Shown piece after piece: positions 12,791 to 46,108 of a stretch of DNA of 64,000 nt (position 1 is its first letter; the number at the start of each line of letters is the position of its first letter). The position numbers and the translations under genes were made by a program. Below the pieces are notes generated by a model, which saw only the letters and a list, made by a program, of their open reading frames with translations, was not told the origin of the DNA and made no database searches. Source of the DNA: Macrostomum lignano (Eukaryota); the NCBI GenBank assembly GCA_002269645.1, contig NIVC01000483.1, positions 72,580-136,579 of the forward strand, given 5' to 3'.

Positions 12791-13594
12791 AAGTTAAATA
12801 GTATTTCAGTATTTGGGGTTGATTAACATCCTTCCAGTCCAGACACTCGACTGCGGTAGTCTTCGGTTGCAACAGGCGGCGCCAGAAAAAAGCCGAATGC
12901 AAAGAGAGAAAAAAGAAGCAACAAAAACACTGCCCCGGCCTATCTCTGCTTTGGCTCTCGTTCGCTTTAATTTTCCGAAAAAACCTCCTCTCTGTGGTCC
13001 CCAGGCCATCTCCACGTTCGGCCTGGCTATCGATGATCATGAATAATTAATGAGCTTTTTCCCCCAGCTTTCTATCATCCATCAGACCATCCATCGGCCT
13101 GGCAGAGATCAGGGATGCGGTGTCCCGGGAAGAGATGTGGGCGCTGAGGGAGCAGCGAAAACCACAAAAACCGGCGTGTACAACGAAAATCACACTAAAT
13201 TGCATTTTAGCCTTGTTAATTAGAAAAATAATTTCAGGAGAAAGGCTGTGGGCTCGCCGGCGACATCGGGCCCACAACCAGCTCGCACCTGAGCTGCCTC
13301 TGCTTCGAGACCTTGGCTAGGCCATAAAAAATATAACTGAACCCGTCATAAAATACAAAATCGATTGAAAAAAGCTTTCTGCATGAGCCCCCTTCCAGGG
13401 AGCAGAGAGGAGAAGTTAAGGTGATTGTAAAGATTGCTTTGCAAGGAGCTTGTAAATTTGCTAGAATTTTTCCCAGATATTTAAGAGCAGAGTGCTTCCA
13501 ACTGCACCAAGTTTGATGCTGTCAACTGCCGCTGTTACAAACTGTATAGAGATTCTGTAGACATACCTGTGGATTTTAGGAGACTTTCAGTTGA

Positions 13595-13812
13595 GTGGTT
13601 GCCATCCCTGTAGACATGCCTGTAGATATCCCTGTAGACATGCCTGTAGATATCCCCCTGTAGACATCCCTGTGGATATCCCTGCAGATATTTCTGTAGA
13701 TGTCCCTGCAGATATTTCTGTAGATAGCCCTGTAGATATCCCTGTAGATATCCCTGTAGACATCATGTAGATATCTCTGTAGATATCCCCTGTAGATATC
13801 TCTGTAGATGCT
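13595..13812. repeat. 12-bp minisatellite (CCCTGTAGATAT)
   Basis: Direct reading, degenerate. Confidence 0.88.
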
Positions 13813-14264
13813 TTTAATAGATGACTTTGCAAATGTCGATGTAGATTCTCTATGCTATATTTTTATACAGATTCCAACGAAGCTATTCGTATCCAGATGA
13901 CCTATAGATGCTCCCTAGATATCCCAAACTATAACTGATTCTCATACATGTAGATGTCTGCGAGCACAAAAACTCCATCCATGCCTTTCCTATGATAATT
14001 ATAAGTACTAAAATAGCTGGTCAAAATTTATTGTTTACATTGACAACATACAATTGGCACTGAGACTATCTGCGAGTGCGAGGCGCAGCGCTGAGTCTGC
14101 TCAGATTTTATTGATACAGTGAGTATTCTGCCGGCAGTGTAGGCACAGACAAAATTCTGAAGCCCAAAGCAAACAAGTAATCGTGTTTTTGAATCAATAC
14201 AAACTCTAGTAACTGAGATTTGCTCCACAAAATTCTACAGAGTTATTTAATTAGTTTGTTTCTT

Positions 14265-14595
<331 letters not shown>

Positions 14596-17004
14596 ACGCT
14601 GATTGTGGGACGGATGTCACCGAAGGGAGCTCACAACCCTCCAGCAGCCAGTCCTAGTCGCTACTCCAGATGCCTATAGTTCTAGTTCTCCATGTAACCT
14701 TTTGTCTAAAAGCAATCGTTTAAATTGGATAAGGTTGCTTCACGGCTGCGTCACTCTATTCTAAAAGTGAATTGCTGATTCAGTATAAGGCTGCAGCGCC
14801 CAAGAGACAGTGAAAGGGGTTGAAAATCCAATTTGGCTGATGGATTCCTCATTTCCTTCTGAAATAACTGCATAGACCATATGGAGCTGGCCCCTTTATC
14901 GTGTGACAACTCACGCCAGCTATAGTCAACCAGCAGTCAGTTGCGCGTTATTATATACCCCCGTTACCTACCCTACCCTTGTTGACTAATCTACTCCCGC
15001 TGCCTACTATACCCCCCACACCAGGCAACATAGTAGGCCCGTTGCCTACTCTACCCCAGCTGCCGACTCTAAGCCAGCAGCCTATATACTCTACTACCGC
15101 TGCCTAATCTACTATTTTATATCGCTGCTTAACACTACCTTCACTGCGAATAAATAGATACACATGTATTTAAAGTAGACGGGTTCAAAATGAAAGGCAC
15201 ACAAAAAGCATTATAAGCCTGAAATTTGAATTCACGCCAAAACCAGTAGCTATATATAACGAATGTCCGTGCTTGAAAATTAATTATATATTTGTTTTTT
15301 TTAACCGGATGCCCCCACCGTAGCGTGGCAACTAAAAGCTATCAATTTTATGACAAAACTTTTCTGTTCGTTACTTTGGTTTAAAGCGAAAAGCCATTAT
15401 AAGAATATAATAAAATACATTATTTCTTATTCGCAAAGTACGAGCTAGCTAATTTCTTCCCAAAGGCAAGAAGCAACTGTTGATGGGAAAACTAGAAATA
15501 ATAATAATAATAAAACAGCATTACGATCAATTGATAAAACAAAATTGCAAAGCGAATTTTATGCAAATGATAGCTAAAGTACTGACACCGTTTGATAAAA
15601 CAAACTAAACGGTTTTGTTTTAATTTTAATCACGAATCGAAGTGAACCGCTTTAAAATCTTCTTAATAATACATTTTCTAAAAAAATGAGATTCTAGATA
15701 AACAAATAACTGATTTATTAATTTGTTTTGTATATAAAGTAAATCAAAACAACAGCCAAATACGGGAACAGAATGGGTTGTATACATAAATATTCCTAAA
15801 ACTGTTTTTACTTTAAATGTCCAATTCAGCGCTGCTTTGTTGTAAAAATATATCTAAATAAATCATAACGATATTTTATCGGACTTTACTTGTATGCATA
15901 AAAGTACATCATATCAAATTATATTCTAGTGAACAGCATATACATGTCAAGGACGACTAGGAACACTTCGTTATAGTCTAGTAGTCCTTGATACATGTAC
16001 AGTGTGTATAGTACAATAAGTGTAAAATACTGGGTAATTTAGATTCCCTAATATTATTATTAGCACGAAGTACGCTCGTAATATAATAATTACTTGGTTT
16101 CATATACATATTGTTTACTATTAAACATCATATCACAGTGCAGAAATTTTTAAGGATTCATAACATTACATAAAACAACAAATACAACTTTGCTGAAAAA
16201 TTTAGGAAGTGCCACGAATAAGAGAAAACAAATGATTTGGACACATGAAAAATAATGATTTGCCATTTTCGAAAGAACTAAAACTAAAATTTTATTCAAA
16301 ATTCAGCAACAAAAGTATCCAGGTCGATACAGCGAATTTTCAACGCATCACAAAGCCGGAAATTCCGGTATCATAGATTTGTTATAAATAGCGAAATAAG
16401 CCTTGAACCAACAACAGACTGCGCACAAACAACGAGGCAATTAATACAACAATCTAGTACTGATGGGTAAAATCGCCCTCTCCGATTTTACTATTGACAA
16501 AATTAACTACACGAAATCCGAGTCCAACTTTTTCCGGCTTTTTTGGTGTCTCTTTTTGGTTCACACGGACATTTTCGACAACGAGAGAGAAGCCCATTTA
16601 AACATAGAATAAGTTTTTTTAAACGACACTAATTATTACACCGAGTAAAGTGGGTTTTCTCCAATATTAAAAAAATACGTACCTGGTGCTTAATAAACTG
16701 CCGTTGCTGTGCAGGTGAGGTGGCCGCGGCTTTGAGAAACGAAACACCAATCGCGAACACAATAAAAACCTCGATTTGAGCGAACAGAAGCAGAGCAGCG
16801 CGAAGCAAAAAAAATTAAATTGCTTTGCTTTTCTCTAGTTTTATCCGACACCAAAAATTAGAAAATGACTAGCAATCTTCGCCCCCCGTTGGGGGACATC
16901 TGTATAGAATCTCTGTTCTCTACAAGTAATAAGAAGATAGCCAAATAAAGCTTTCACAAAGAAAACAAACAAACTACTCAAATGAAGTGCAATGCAAAAA
17001 AAAT

Positions 17005-17213
17005 CATCCCAAGACAGCAAGCATCCCCCAGATAGCAAGCATCCCCCAGATTGCAAGCATCAACCAAATAGCAAGCATCCCCCAGATAGCAAGCATCCCC
17101 AGATAGCAAGCATCCCCCAGATAGCAAGCATCCCCCAGATAGCAAGCACCCCCTAGATAGCAAGAATCCCCCAGATAGATAGCATCCCCAAATAGCAAGC
17201 ATCCACCAGACAA
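17005..17213. repeat. 18-bp minisatellite (ATCCCCCAGATAGCAAGC)
   Basis: About 11 units. Confidence 0.92.
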
Positions 17214-17294
17214 TAAGTAGCTAGTGCGACAATTTCCTTAGCATTATAGTGGCTCCTTTAAAATTCACTCACTTTTACATTTTGAATTGTGTAT

Positions 17295-19090
17295 CTTTTA
17301 TGTTTGACATAGTGGCTCTTTTATGTTTGAAATGAAGTCACTTATATGTTTGACATGGTGAATCTTTTAAATTTTTTACAGGTTGGCTCTTTAATTTTCA
17401 ACATGGTGGCTCTTTTATGTTCTACATGGTGGTTCTTTTATGTTCGACATGGTGGCTCCTTTATGTTCAACATGGTGGCTCCTTTATGTTCGACATGGTG
17501 GCTCTTTAATGTTTGACATGGTGGCTTTTTAATGTTTGACATAGTGGCTCTTTAATATTCAACAAAGTGGCTCTTTAATGTTTGACATAATGACTCTTTA
17601 ATGTTCAAAATGGTGGCTCTTTAATGTTTGACATGGTGGCTCTTTTATGTTTGAAATGAAGTCACTTATATGTTTGACATGGTGACTCTTTAATGTTCAA
17701 AATTGTGGCTCTTTAATGTTTGACATGGTGGCTCTTTTATGTTTGAAATGAAGTCACTTATATGTTTGACATGGTGAATCTTTTAAATGTTTTACAGGTT
17801 GGCTCTTTAATTTTCAACATGGTGGCTCTTTTATGTTCGAAATGGTGGCTCTTTTATATCAGACATGGTGGCTCTTTTATGTTCTACATGGTGGTTCTTT
17901 TATGTTCAACATGGTGGCTCCTTTATGTTCAACATGGTGGCTCCTTTATGTTCGACATGGTGGCTCTTTAATGTTTGACATGGTGGCTTTTTAATGTTTG
18001 ACATAGTGGCTCTTTAATATTCAACAAAGTGGCTCTTTAATGTTTGACATGGTGACTCTTTAATGTTCAAAATTGTGGCTCTTTAATGTTTGACATGGTG
18101 GCTCTTTAATGTTCAACATAGTGGCTCTTTAATGTTCGACACGATGGCACTTTAATGTTTGACATGGTGGCTCTTTAATGTTTGACATGGTAGCTCTTTA
18201 ATGTTCGACACGATGGCACTTTAAAGTTTGACATGGTGGTTCTTTAATGTTTGATATGGTAGCTCTTTAATGTTCGACATGGTGGCTCTTTAATGGTCGA
18301 AATGTTTTTTTTGTTTTATAGTGGCTCTTTAATGTTCAACATGGTAGCTCTTTTTGTTTGAAATAAAGTCTCTTATATGTTTGACATGGTGGCTCTTTAA
18401 TGTTCAGCATGATGGCTCTTTAATGTTCAACATGAAGTCACGTATATGTTTGATATAGAGTCACATATATGTTTTACATAGTGGCTCTTTTATGTTTGAC
18501 ATGGTGGCTCTTTTATGTTTGAAATGGTGGCTCTTTAATGTTTGACATGGTGGCTCTTTTCTGCTTGACATGATGGTTCTTTTATGTTTGAAATGGTAGC
18601 TCTTTAATGTTTGATATAGTGGCTCTTTTATGTTTGAAATGGTGGCTCTTTAATGTTTGACATGGTGGCTCTTTAATGTCAACATAGTGGCTCCTTTATG
18701 TTCAACATGAATGGCTCTTTTATATTAGACATGGTGGCCCTTTAATGTTTGACATGGTGGCTCTTTTCTGGTTGACATGATGGTTCTTTTATGTTTGAAA
18801 TGGTAGCTCTTTAATGTTTGATATAGTGGCTCTTTAATGTTTGACATGGTGGCTCTATTATGTTTACATGGTAACTCTTTAATTTTTGACATTGTGGCCC
18901 TTTAATGTTCGAAATGGTGGCTCTTTAATGTTTGACATGGTAGCTCTTTAATGTTCGACATGGTGGCTCTAATGTTGGACATTGTGGCTCTTTTATGTTT
19001 GACATGGTGGCTCTTTGATGTTTGACATGGTGGCTCTTTAATGTTCGACATGGAGGCACGTATATGCTTGGCATGATGGCCCTTTTATGT
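17295..19090. repeat. 23-bp minisatellite (ATGTTTGACATGGTGGCTCTTTA), ~1.8 kb
   Basis: Many diverged units with block duplications. Confidence 0.95.
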
Positions 19091-19143
19091 TTAGCATTTT
19101 GTGTTTTTAGGGTGTTTTAACAAAAAAATTATTTTGCTCTACT

Positions 19144-19200
19144 AAGATTCGAACCCAGGTCACTACATTAGCAGTCCAGTCTACTCGCATCTAGGCTATC
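19144..19200 (-). mobile_element. tRNA-derived SINE head fragment
   Basis: Minus strand ATAGCCTAGATG...GGACTGCTAATGTAGTGACCTGGGTTCGAATC with A/B-box-like motifs. Not a complete cloverleaf. Confidence 0.55.
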
Positions 19201-19319
19201 TCTTTTTAATTTGAGAACATGAATTGTGGCCCTTTTAATTCAATTCTTACAGCAAGTCAATTGGAGTAAAAAGTTATGACATAATCAATTTCTCAGTCAG
19301 CCAGTATCAGTCCCAATTT

Positions 19320-19672
19320 AAGTTAGCAATATTGGTTACGCAATTTCTATCAAGTCGTGTGTGCATTTCTTTGACACTGTTTTCAACTTTTTGTGATGCA
19401 ATCTTTATCACAATCGGAATTCAGTCAGTCAGTTTTTTCTCTAGCATTCTTACAATGCATTTCAAGTCAAAAATTTGGCTTGACCTTTGCAAAAAAGCAT
19501 GTTTTTCGAATATTTAATCCCTTTAAAATTGAGCAATTTCTTAGCCAAGATGCATGTACCGTCCCAGAAAAATTTCTGATCAAATGGTGCAAGTTTGAAG
19601 AAAATCGGTTAAGCCGTTTTTTCTGAAATCTATCTCACAGAGACACACATTTCATTTTTAGTATATAGGATA
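19320..19672 (+). mobile_element. Possible non-autonomous Helitron-like (Lep1/HINE-type) element
   Basis: 3' end GTGCAAGTTTGAAGAAAATCGGTTAAGCCG...CACAGAGACACAC...AGTATATAGGATAG resembles Lep1/HINE termini. Pattern recognition only. Confidence 0.4.
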
Positions 19673-20212
19673 GTGCATGGCTCGTATGAAACCCAAAAGT
19701 TTTATGGTACGTGATAGTTAGAAATAAGAAAGAAATTACCGAGTGTGCTCTCTAATGAAAGCGACGCGTTTTAGATTGACATTCATTTTGCCCCTCCATT
19801 TTGCTTAAAAAGGCATTCCCTACGTTTTTATCAACGGATTTGACACCTAAACTGTGCAAATTTTACCATAAAATAGGTTGGGTAACTACACCATTCAGAA
19901 TGATCTTACTAAGTAAGCTCAAAATTATATAGTAAGGAAAATATTGAAAGGTTAAAAATAATAAATAAATTTCTATGAAAATAGTGAAAGAATAAAACAA
20001 GAATCAGTTTCTGCTCGGCTAGAAAAGTCGTTAAATTTTTCGAAACTTCTCCACACTTCGTATCGTATTGAGCAAATTAATAAAATCATTAAACAAATGG
20101 AACTAGTTGACCCCAACTAAAGTCTAAAGATCCCCATTACAAATATATGGCTCGATGGCTTTTTGTCCATAAATAGGTATATTTGTCGCAAAAATATATG
20201 GATAGAATTAAT

Positions 20213-31590
<11,378 letters not shown>

Positions 31591-31794
31591 CTTAAGCAAC
31601 GATGGCATTTGAGCTCGAAAAAGGAATACAATAATTAGACTGCGACTTTGCTGTCAGATGCATGCAGTAGGTTTTTTAATTTATTAGTCAGGAAAATTTT
31701 AAGTTTGAGTAAAATTTTTGTCAGCTGATTGCTTATGAATTAGCAAGGACTCTAGTGTTTCAAATCGATATTTGAAACACTAGAGTATAATTTT

Positions 31795-34700
31795 TGGAAT
31801 AAAACAGTTGAAAATTAATTTGTTCACATAAAATATTGTGTATATTGATTGATTGATAAGAGGCATTGGCTGAACTCTTAGTATATATCTTAAATATAGT
31901 TTTTGTGTATATATAATTTAACTGAAAGGATAAGCTAACAATATGTATATGCGTTAATTTTTTAGGAATCTTTTTTAAAATATTGTGAGAAATTTAGTCC
32001 TAAAATATAATTTTATTACGAACCATAATCAATAATGTATATTTTATTTAAATACAAAATGCACTAGATTGCAGGGGAAAAATAAAGAATGTTTGGCAAA
32101 AAATGAATGACAGAATAAAATTAAACTGGCTATTTAAATTTTTTAGAAATTTTATCTACAGGCAAAACTATAGTTAAATAAATGATTATAATGTAAAATT
32201 TGTAAAATTATTGCTTTTCTTGGCCTTCATTTTAAAAAAGTCAAAATCAGATAGTCTAATAGAAAGGTGTAATTATATCATTTCTCCTTTTATATAGCTT
32301 GGCCCGATTTCTAAGTTTTGAATACAATAATTAACACCACCATCCACCAATTAACTCATTAACACTCTTGTCAGGACTGGTTTCTTTCATAATATAGTAT
32401 TTCCAATATACATTTGTATTATACAGTGATTTTATACTATAAAAATGAACCTGACGAGGGAGGAGTTTTGTAAGATTATGCTATTTTTTCGTTTTTTTAA
32501 CCTACTGTACGCTCGTAGACGGAACATGCGGCACATGCAAATTCATTTCTAAGGACAAATTACAAGTTAAAAATGTAACATTTCTGGGCTACATAGCCGC
32601 CAAACAAATTTAAAAATAACTGTTTTAAAGTTTATTAAAAAACCGTTTTAAAAAAAGTTTCTATAAATAAGGTTTAACTTCGATGGTATTTTAAAGCAAC
32701 ATTTTTTTCTAGGGCAAAACCGTTTTGTTTTATCTTAAAGTGAGCACGAAAAATGAAATAAGATTTTACGCGACTATTTTTACTACCACGGCTCGTTACA
32801 TTCTGATTATGTAATTACAACAGTAGGCTTCCTAGCAGTAGTATGCACGTATGATCACGCATTAGTTAGTCCAGTGTACCTGTTTTAAACTACGGACTTA
32901 CATGTAAATAGAATTATTATTCACTTCATTTTCTATTTCTTACCCACGGTTATTTCATAAAAATCTCAGAAAAGGCTAATTGAAAACTTGTTCTTCTGGC
33001 CTTCACGGATGCAAATATAAAATTCACGTTTGCAGTCAGTCAGTCAGTTTTTAGGAGAGCAGATTCTGCAGCAATTGAATTTTTCACTTTGTTAATGCAA
33101 ATTATGGACAATTTCAAAAGCCTTTTATGATAAATGATTATGGGAAACTTGGAGACTTTCATCGATTGTTTTTTATTTAAATTTACCTATTTCATCTCAG
33201 GACTGATAACTTACCTAACAAAAAAATCACTGTGCCAATGCAATTTTTATGCATAAAATACACTGTACACAGTGTAAAGTGTATGGAATACACGTGCAAA
33301 ATTTACAAACAGATAACAATGTAGAGCTTCTCGACGAATTTTTCTATGAAGGCTTCTAAAATCTGTCAAAAGGGAAAATTAGCCCATAAGTATTTAAGTC
33401 TTACTCATTGTATTTTACGATCGTATCGAAAGATAATTTACAAGAAGTATTTCCTTTGAAACGATAGTACGATTAATTGCTATAAAATTAATGCTAATAG
33501 TTTTTACGTCATAATCCAGCTAATTGACTGCTAAAAAGTATCGTCAATCCATGATGCCTCACACTCAGTAACAGTGGCCTGACCAATAGCAGTACTGTTG
33601 GCATCCATAATTTCTTACGCCTCAATGCAGCGGATCTAGAAGCGAAAAATTAAATCGCGATTCGCAAAGCGTCGCGACAGGCTATAACCGGTGTAGTCAT
33701 GGAAACCAACCCGGTGGCAATAGAGCGAATTAGACAAAGACGCAGACTGAGAAGACCCGGCTGCTCGAGGATCGCCTAGTCCGCAGCCCCGAAGCAGTTC
33801 GCATAGTCGCCAAGGCTTCAAACGCGCGTCGTTTTCTTGACTTGCCGGTCCCCTTGTCCATTTCGGCTCCTGAGGAGCTGTCCTCCCTCAGGTCGTTGGT
33901 GCTATCGCATCTGCTACTGCTGCTACTGCTTCTGCTGCTACTCTTCCCTCGGTAGGCTTTGTTTCCACACGTACTTTCGACTACGGGCGTTTTTATACGC
34001 AATCTTGATCGCCTTGGTGAGTGTCTACTATCTACTTGTCGTCTTGGTAGTGCGCGTCTTCGTAGAGTAGGCAGTACTGGCTGCAGGTCGGTCCTGGGGT
34101 CTCTCGCGCGACTTAAGTCGAGTTGGGTAGCGATGGCATAGGCTGGCGTACTCTAGCTGCGTTGAGACTCTCTACGCGTGGTTCGGTATGAGAACAGAAT
34201 TTTTTTACATTTGAAACAATAAGCCAAGCGAAAAAACTTTCCGTTGTTAGTTTCCGAACTAAAATAACTTTTTTCTAAATGGAAACCTCATTAAAACAAA
34301 CATACATGCACATACGCTCGCATCAAACCGTAAAAAATAAGTTTTAGCGTCCTTGGACAAAACGCATAGATTCTCTGTTGTTTTGTGATTCATAAAGCNN
34401 NNNNNNNNNNNNNNNNNNNNNNNNNNNNNNNTGGAATAAAACAGTTGAAAATTAATTTGTTCACATAAAATATTGTGTATATTGATTGATTGATAAGAGG
34501 CATTGGCTGAACTCTTAGTATATATCTTAAATATAGTTTTTGTGTATATATAATTTAACTGAAAGGATAAGCTAACAATATGTATATGCGTTAATTTTTT
34601 GGAATCTTTTTTAAAATATTGTGAGAAATTTAGTCCTAAAATATAATTTTATTACGAACCATAATCAATAATGTATATTTTATTTAAATACAAAATGCAC

Positions 34701-37031
34701 TAGATTGCAGGGGAAAAATAAAGAATGTTTGGCAAAAAATGAATGACAGAATAAAATTAAACTGGCTATTTAAATTTTTAGAAATTTTATCTACAGGCAA
34801 AACTATGGTTAAATAAATGATTATAATGTAAAATTTGTAAAATTATTGCTTTTCTTGGCCTTCATTTTAAAAAAGTCAAAATCAGATAGTCTAATAGAAA
34901 GGTGTAATTATATCATTTCTCCTTTTATATAGCTTGGCCCGATTTCTAAGTTTTGAATACAATAATTAACACCACCATCCACCAATTAACTCATTAACAC
35001 TCTTGTCAGGACTGGTTTCTTTCATAATATAGTATTTCCATAATATACATTTGTATTATACAGTGATTTTATACTATAAAAATGAACCTGACGAGGGAGG
35101 AGTTTTGTAAGATTATGCTATTTTTCGTTTTTTTAACCTACTGTAGCGCTCGTAGACGGAACATGCGGCACATGCAAATTCATTTCTAAGGACAAATTAC
35201 AAGTTAAAAATGTAACATTTCTGGGCTACATAGCCGCCAAACAAATTTAAAATAACTGTTTTAAAGTTTATTAAAAAACCGTTTTAAAAAAAGTTTCTAT
35301 AAATAAGGTTTAACTTCGATGGTATTTTAAAGCAACATTTTTTTTCTAGGGCAAAACCGTTTTGTTTTATCTTAAAGTGAGCACGAAAAATGAAATAAGA
35401 TTTTACGCGACTATTTTTACTACCACGGCTCGTTACATTCTGATTATGTAATTACAACAGTAGGCTTCCTAGCAGTAGTATGCACGTATGATCACGCATT
35501 AGTTAGTCCAGTTACCTGTTTTAAACTACGGACTTACATGTAAATAGAATTATTATTCACTTCATTTTCTATTTCTTACCCACGGTTATTTCATAAAATC
35601 TCAGAAAAGGCTAATTGAAAACTTGTTCTTCTGGCCTTCACGGATGCAAATATAAAATTCACGTTTGCAGTCAGTCAGTCAGTTTTTAGGAGAGCAGATT
35701 CTGCAGCAATTGAATTTTTCACTTTGTTAATGCAAATTATGGACAATTTCAAAAGCCTTTTATGATAAATGATTATGGGAAACTTGGAGACTTTCATCGA
35801 TTGTTTTTTATTTAAATTTACCTATTTCATCTCAGGACTGATAACTTACCTAACAAAAAAATCACTGTGCAATGCAATTTTATGCATAAAATACACTGTA
35901 CACAGTGTAAAGTGTATGGAATACACGTGCAAAATTTACAAACAGATAACAATGTAGAGCTTCTCGACGAATTTTTCTATGAAGGCTTCTAAAATCTGTC
36001 AAAGGGAAAATTAGCCATAAGTATTTAAGTCTTACTCATTGTATTTTACGATCGTATCGAAAGATAATTTACAAGAAGTATTTCCTTTGAAACGATAGTA
36101 CGATTAATTGCTATAAAATTAATGCTAATAGTTTTTACGTCATAATCCAGCTAATTGACTGCTAAAAAGTATCGTCAATCCATGATGCCTCACACTCAGT
36201 AACAGTGGCCTGACCAATAGCAGTACTGTTGGCATCCATAATTTCTTTACGCCTCAATGCAGCGGATCTAGAAGCGGTAAAAATTAATCGCGATTCGCAA
36301 AGCGTCGCGACAGGCTATAACCGGTGTAGTCATGGAAACCAACCCGGTGGCAATAGAGCGAATTAGACAAAGACGCAGACTGAGAAGACCCGCGCTGCTC
36401 GAGGATCGCCTAGTCCGCAGCCCCGAAGCAGTTCGCATAGTCGCCAAGGCTTCAAAACGCCGTCGTTTTCTTGACTTGCCGGTCCCTTGTCCATTTCGGC
36501 TCCTGAGGAGCTGTCCTCCCTCAGGTCGTTGGTGCTATCGCATCTGCTACTGCTGCTACTGCTTCTGCTGCTACTCTTCCCTCGTAGGCTTTGTTTCCAC
36601 ACGTACTTTCGACTACGGGCGTTTTTTATACGCAATCTTGATCGCCTTGGTGAGTGTCTACTATCTACTTCTGTCGTCTTGGTAGTGCGCGTCTTCGTAG
36701 AGTAGGCAGTACTGGCTGCAGGTCGGTCCTGGGGTCTCTCGCGCGACTTAAGTCGAGTTGGGTAGCGATGGCATAGGCTGGCGTACTCTAGCTGCGTTGA
36801 GACTCTCTACGCGTGGTTCGGTATGAGAACAGAATTTTTTTCATTTGAAACAATAAGCCAAGCGAAAAACTTTCCGTTGTTAGTTTTCCGAACTAAAATA
36901 ACTTTTTTCTAAATGGAAACCTCATTAAAACAAACATACATGCACATACGCTCGCATCAAACCGTAAAAAATAAGTTTTAGCGTCCTTGACAAAACGCAT
37001 AGATTCTCTGTTGTTTTGTGATTCATAAAGC
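31795..37031. repeat. ~2.6-kb direct duplication (31795-34398 and 34432-37031) flanking an assembly gap
   Basis: Copies are nearly identical and differ mostly by 1-bp indels; 33 Ns lie between them. Confidence 0.93.
34399..34431. other. Assembly gap (33 N)
   Basis: Direct reading. Confidence 1.
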
Positions 37032-37628
37032 CGGATAGATGTACGTCGTATTAGGAATAATGCGATTGCAGCTCAATGGCTGTAACCATTACATGTATAT
37101 ACAATAAATAAAACAAACATATTTCTTACATGCAGCGTGTAGGTTGGCAAAAGTGGAGGGAGTCTAACGTCAGTAAACCTGACATTGGGAGACCGAATCT
37201 CCGACATGACGTCGACTTACTGGACTAGTTTCTTTCAAACTCCTAAAGCTGAGTATTTTCTGCCTATCCATATAAATAAATTGGGGATGAAATGAACCAC
37301 AGCTCAAGGCGACTGCCACAGTTTCGGGATAGGCAGAGACGCAGCACTCATTCATTCATCAAGTTCCATCGCGCAGTTTGCGGAGACGTATTGTTACACT
37401 ATGCGCGGGAAAAGGAAGTTGAGATGCTCTGCTCTTCTCTTGCTTTTCTTTCTTCTGCTGCAATGCAAATTCTGCATTGAGTCTGCTGTCTGAAATTTGG
37501 CAGGTCTGCGAGTGGCAGTCAATGGCAACCTTTGAGAGGGCTGTGCGATGGAGCTTTTCTCTGGCCAACATATGGGCCATTTAGGTCAGTGAAATACCGT
37601 TACTCAAAAGCAATGTGCCGCCTAAAGG

Positions 37629-38169
<541 letters not shown>

Positions 38170-38554
38170 TTTGTGTAATGTATTAAATAATCGATTTAAT
38201 AGTCACTGATAATAGAGTAAATTCATTAAGTATAGAATTATTTCCTAACCGCAGGATAATGATTTAACAGATTTGTTTTGAAATGTAGGATTTTAACAGC
38301 TATACTTCTAGTGTAATAAATTTTTTAGCTGCAGGTCGCGTGGTCATAGGCAGTGGTCGATCTTGTACCAAATTGAATGAGTTAGTTTGTGCTATGAGTG
38401 CAACAAGTAAGAAACATATTTCTAGTAAAGAACAAAAAACCCTAGCAAAAACGGATCATGGAATTGAATTTTTCGTTAACAACGGAACTGAGGATGTAAG
38501 GACAAAATATTTCATTGAACAACTCAAGAGCTTGCGGTACAGATGTTCACGGAT

Positions 38555-45659
<7,105 letters not shown>

Positions 45660-45670
45660 GGTTTAATATA

Positions 45671-46108
45671 CCTTTTAACAGTGTTGTTGGGCATAAGTGA
45701 AATTTATCTAGTCCAAGTGCTCCTACCACTGAGCGAAGTGAGTTTGATTTAGTCGCTTCAATTAGCTTGCAGCCATAGACGGTGAATTCAATATAGTCGT
45801 TTTTAGCGCGCGCAACGAGATCGTGACTTTTATTTAGTCAAAGTGAAATGAATATGGTCAACGAGATCGTAAACTTTCAAATTCTATAGCCAAACAAGAA
45901 CTCTAAGCGGACTAAATAAATTTCACTACGACTAACTTTAAGTCACGGTAAGCTCAGCGCTAAGCAAGAGTGACCAAATATATTTCACTTTTCCTCAATC
46001 GTCTATGGCCAAAATCAACAGCTAGACTATATCAAACTCACTTCACTCAGTGGTAGGAACACTTGGACTAAATAAATTTCACTTATGCCCAACAACACTG
46101 TTAAAAGG
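45671..46108. mobile_element. MITE with ~85-bp TIRs, TA-flanked (Tc1/mariner-type signature)
   Basis: CCTTTTAACAGTGTTGTTGGGCATAAGTGAAATTTAT... is inverted at ...ACTTATGCCCAACAACACTGTTAAAAGG; TA on both sides. Confidence 0.85.

Noticed and set aside
15262-16572. 10-bp inverted match AATGTCCGTG and a mariner-like end at ~16545-16570
   Set aside because: The match does not extend and there is no TSD or ORF.
33730-34002. 90-aa Ser-rich ORF and its duplicate at 36363-36635
   Set aside because: Low complexity, frames differ between the two copies, and no recognisable domain; more likely UTR or promoter.
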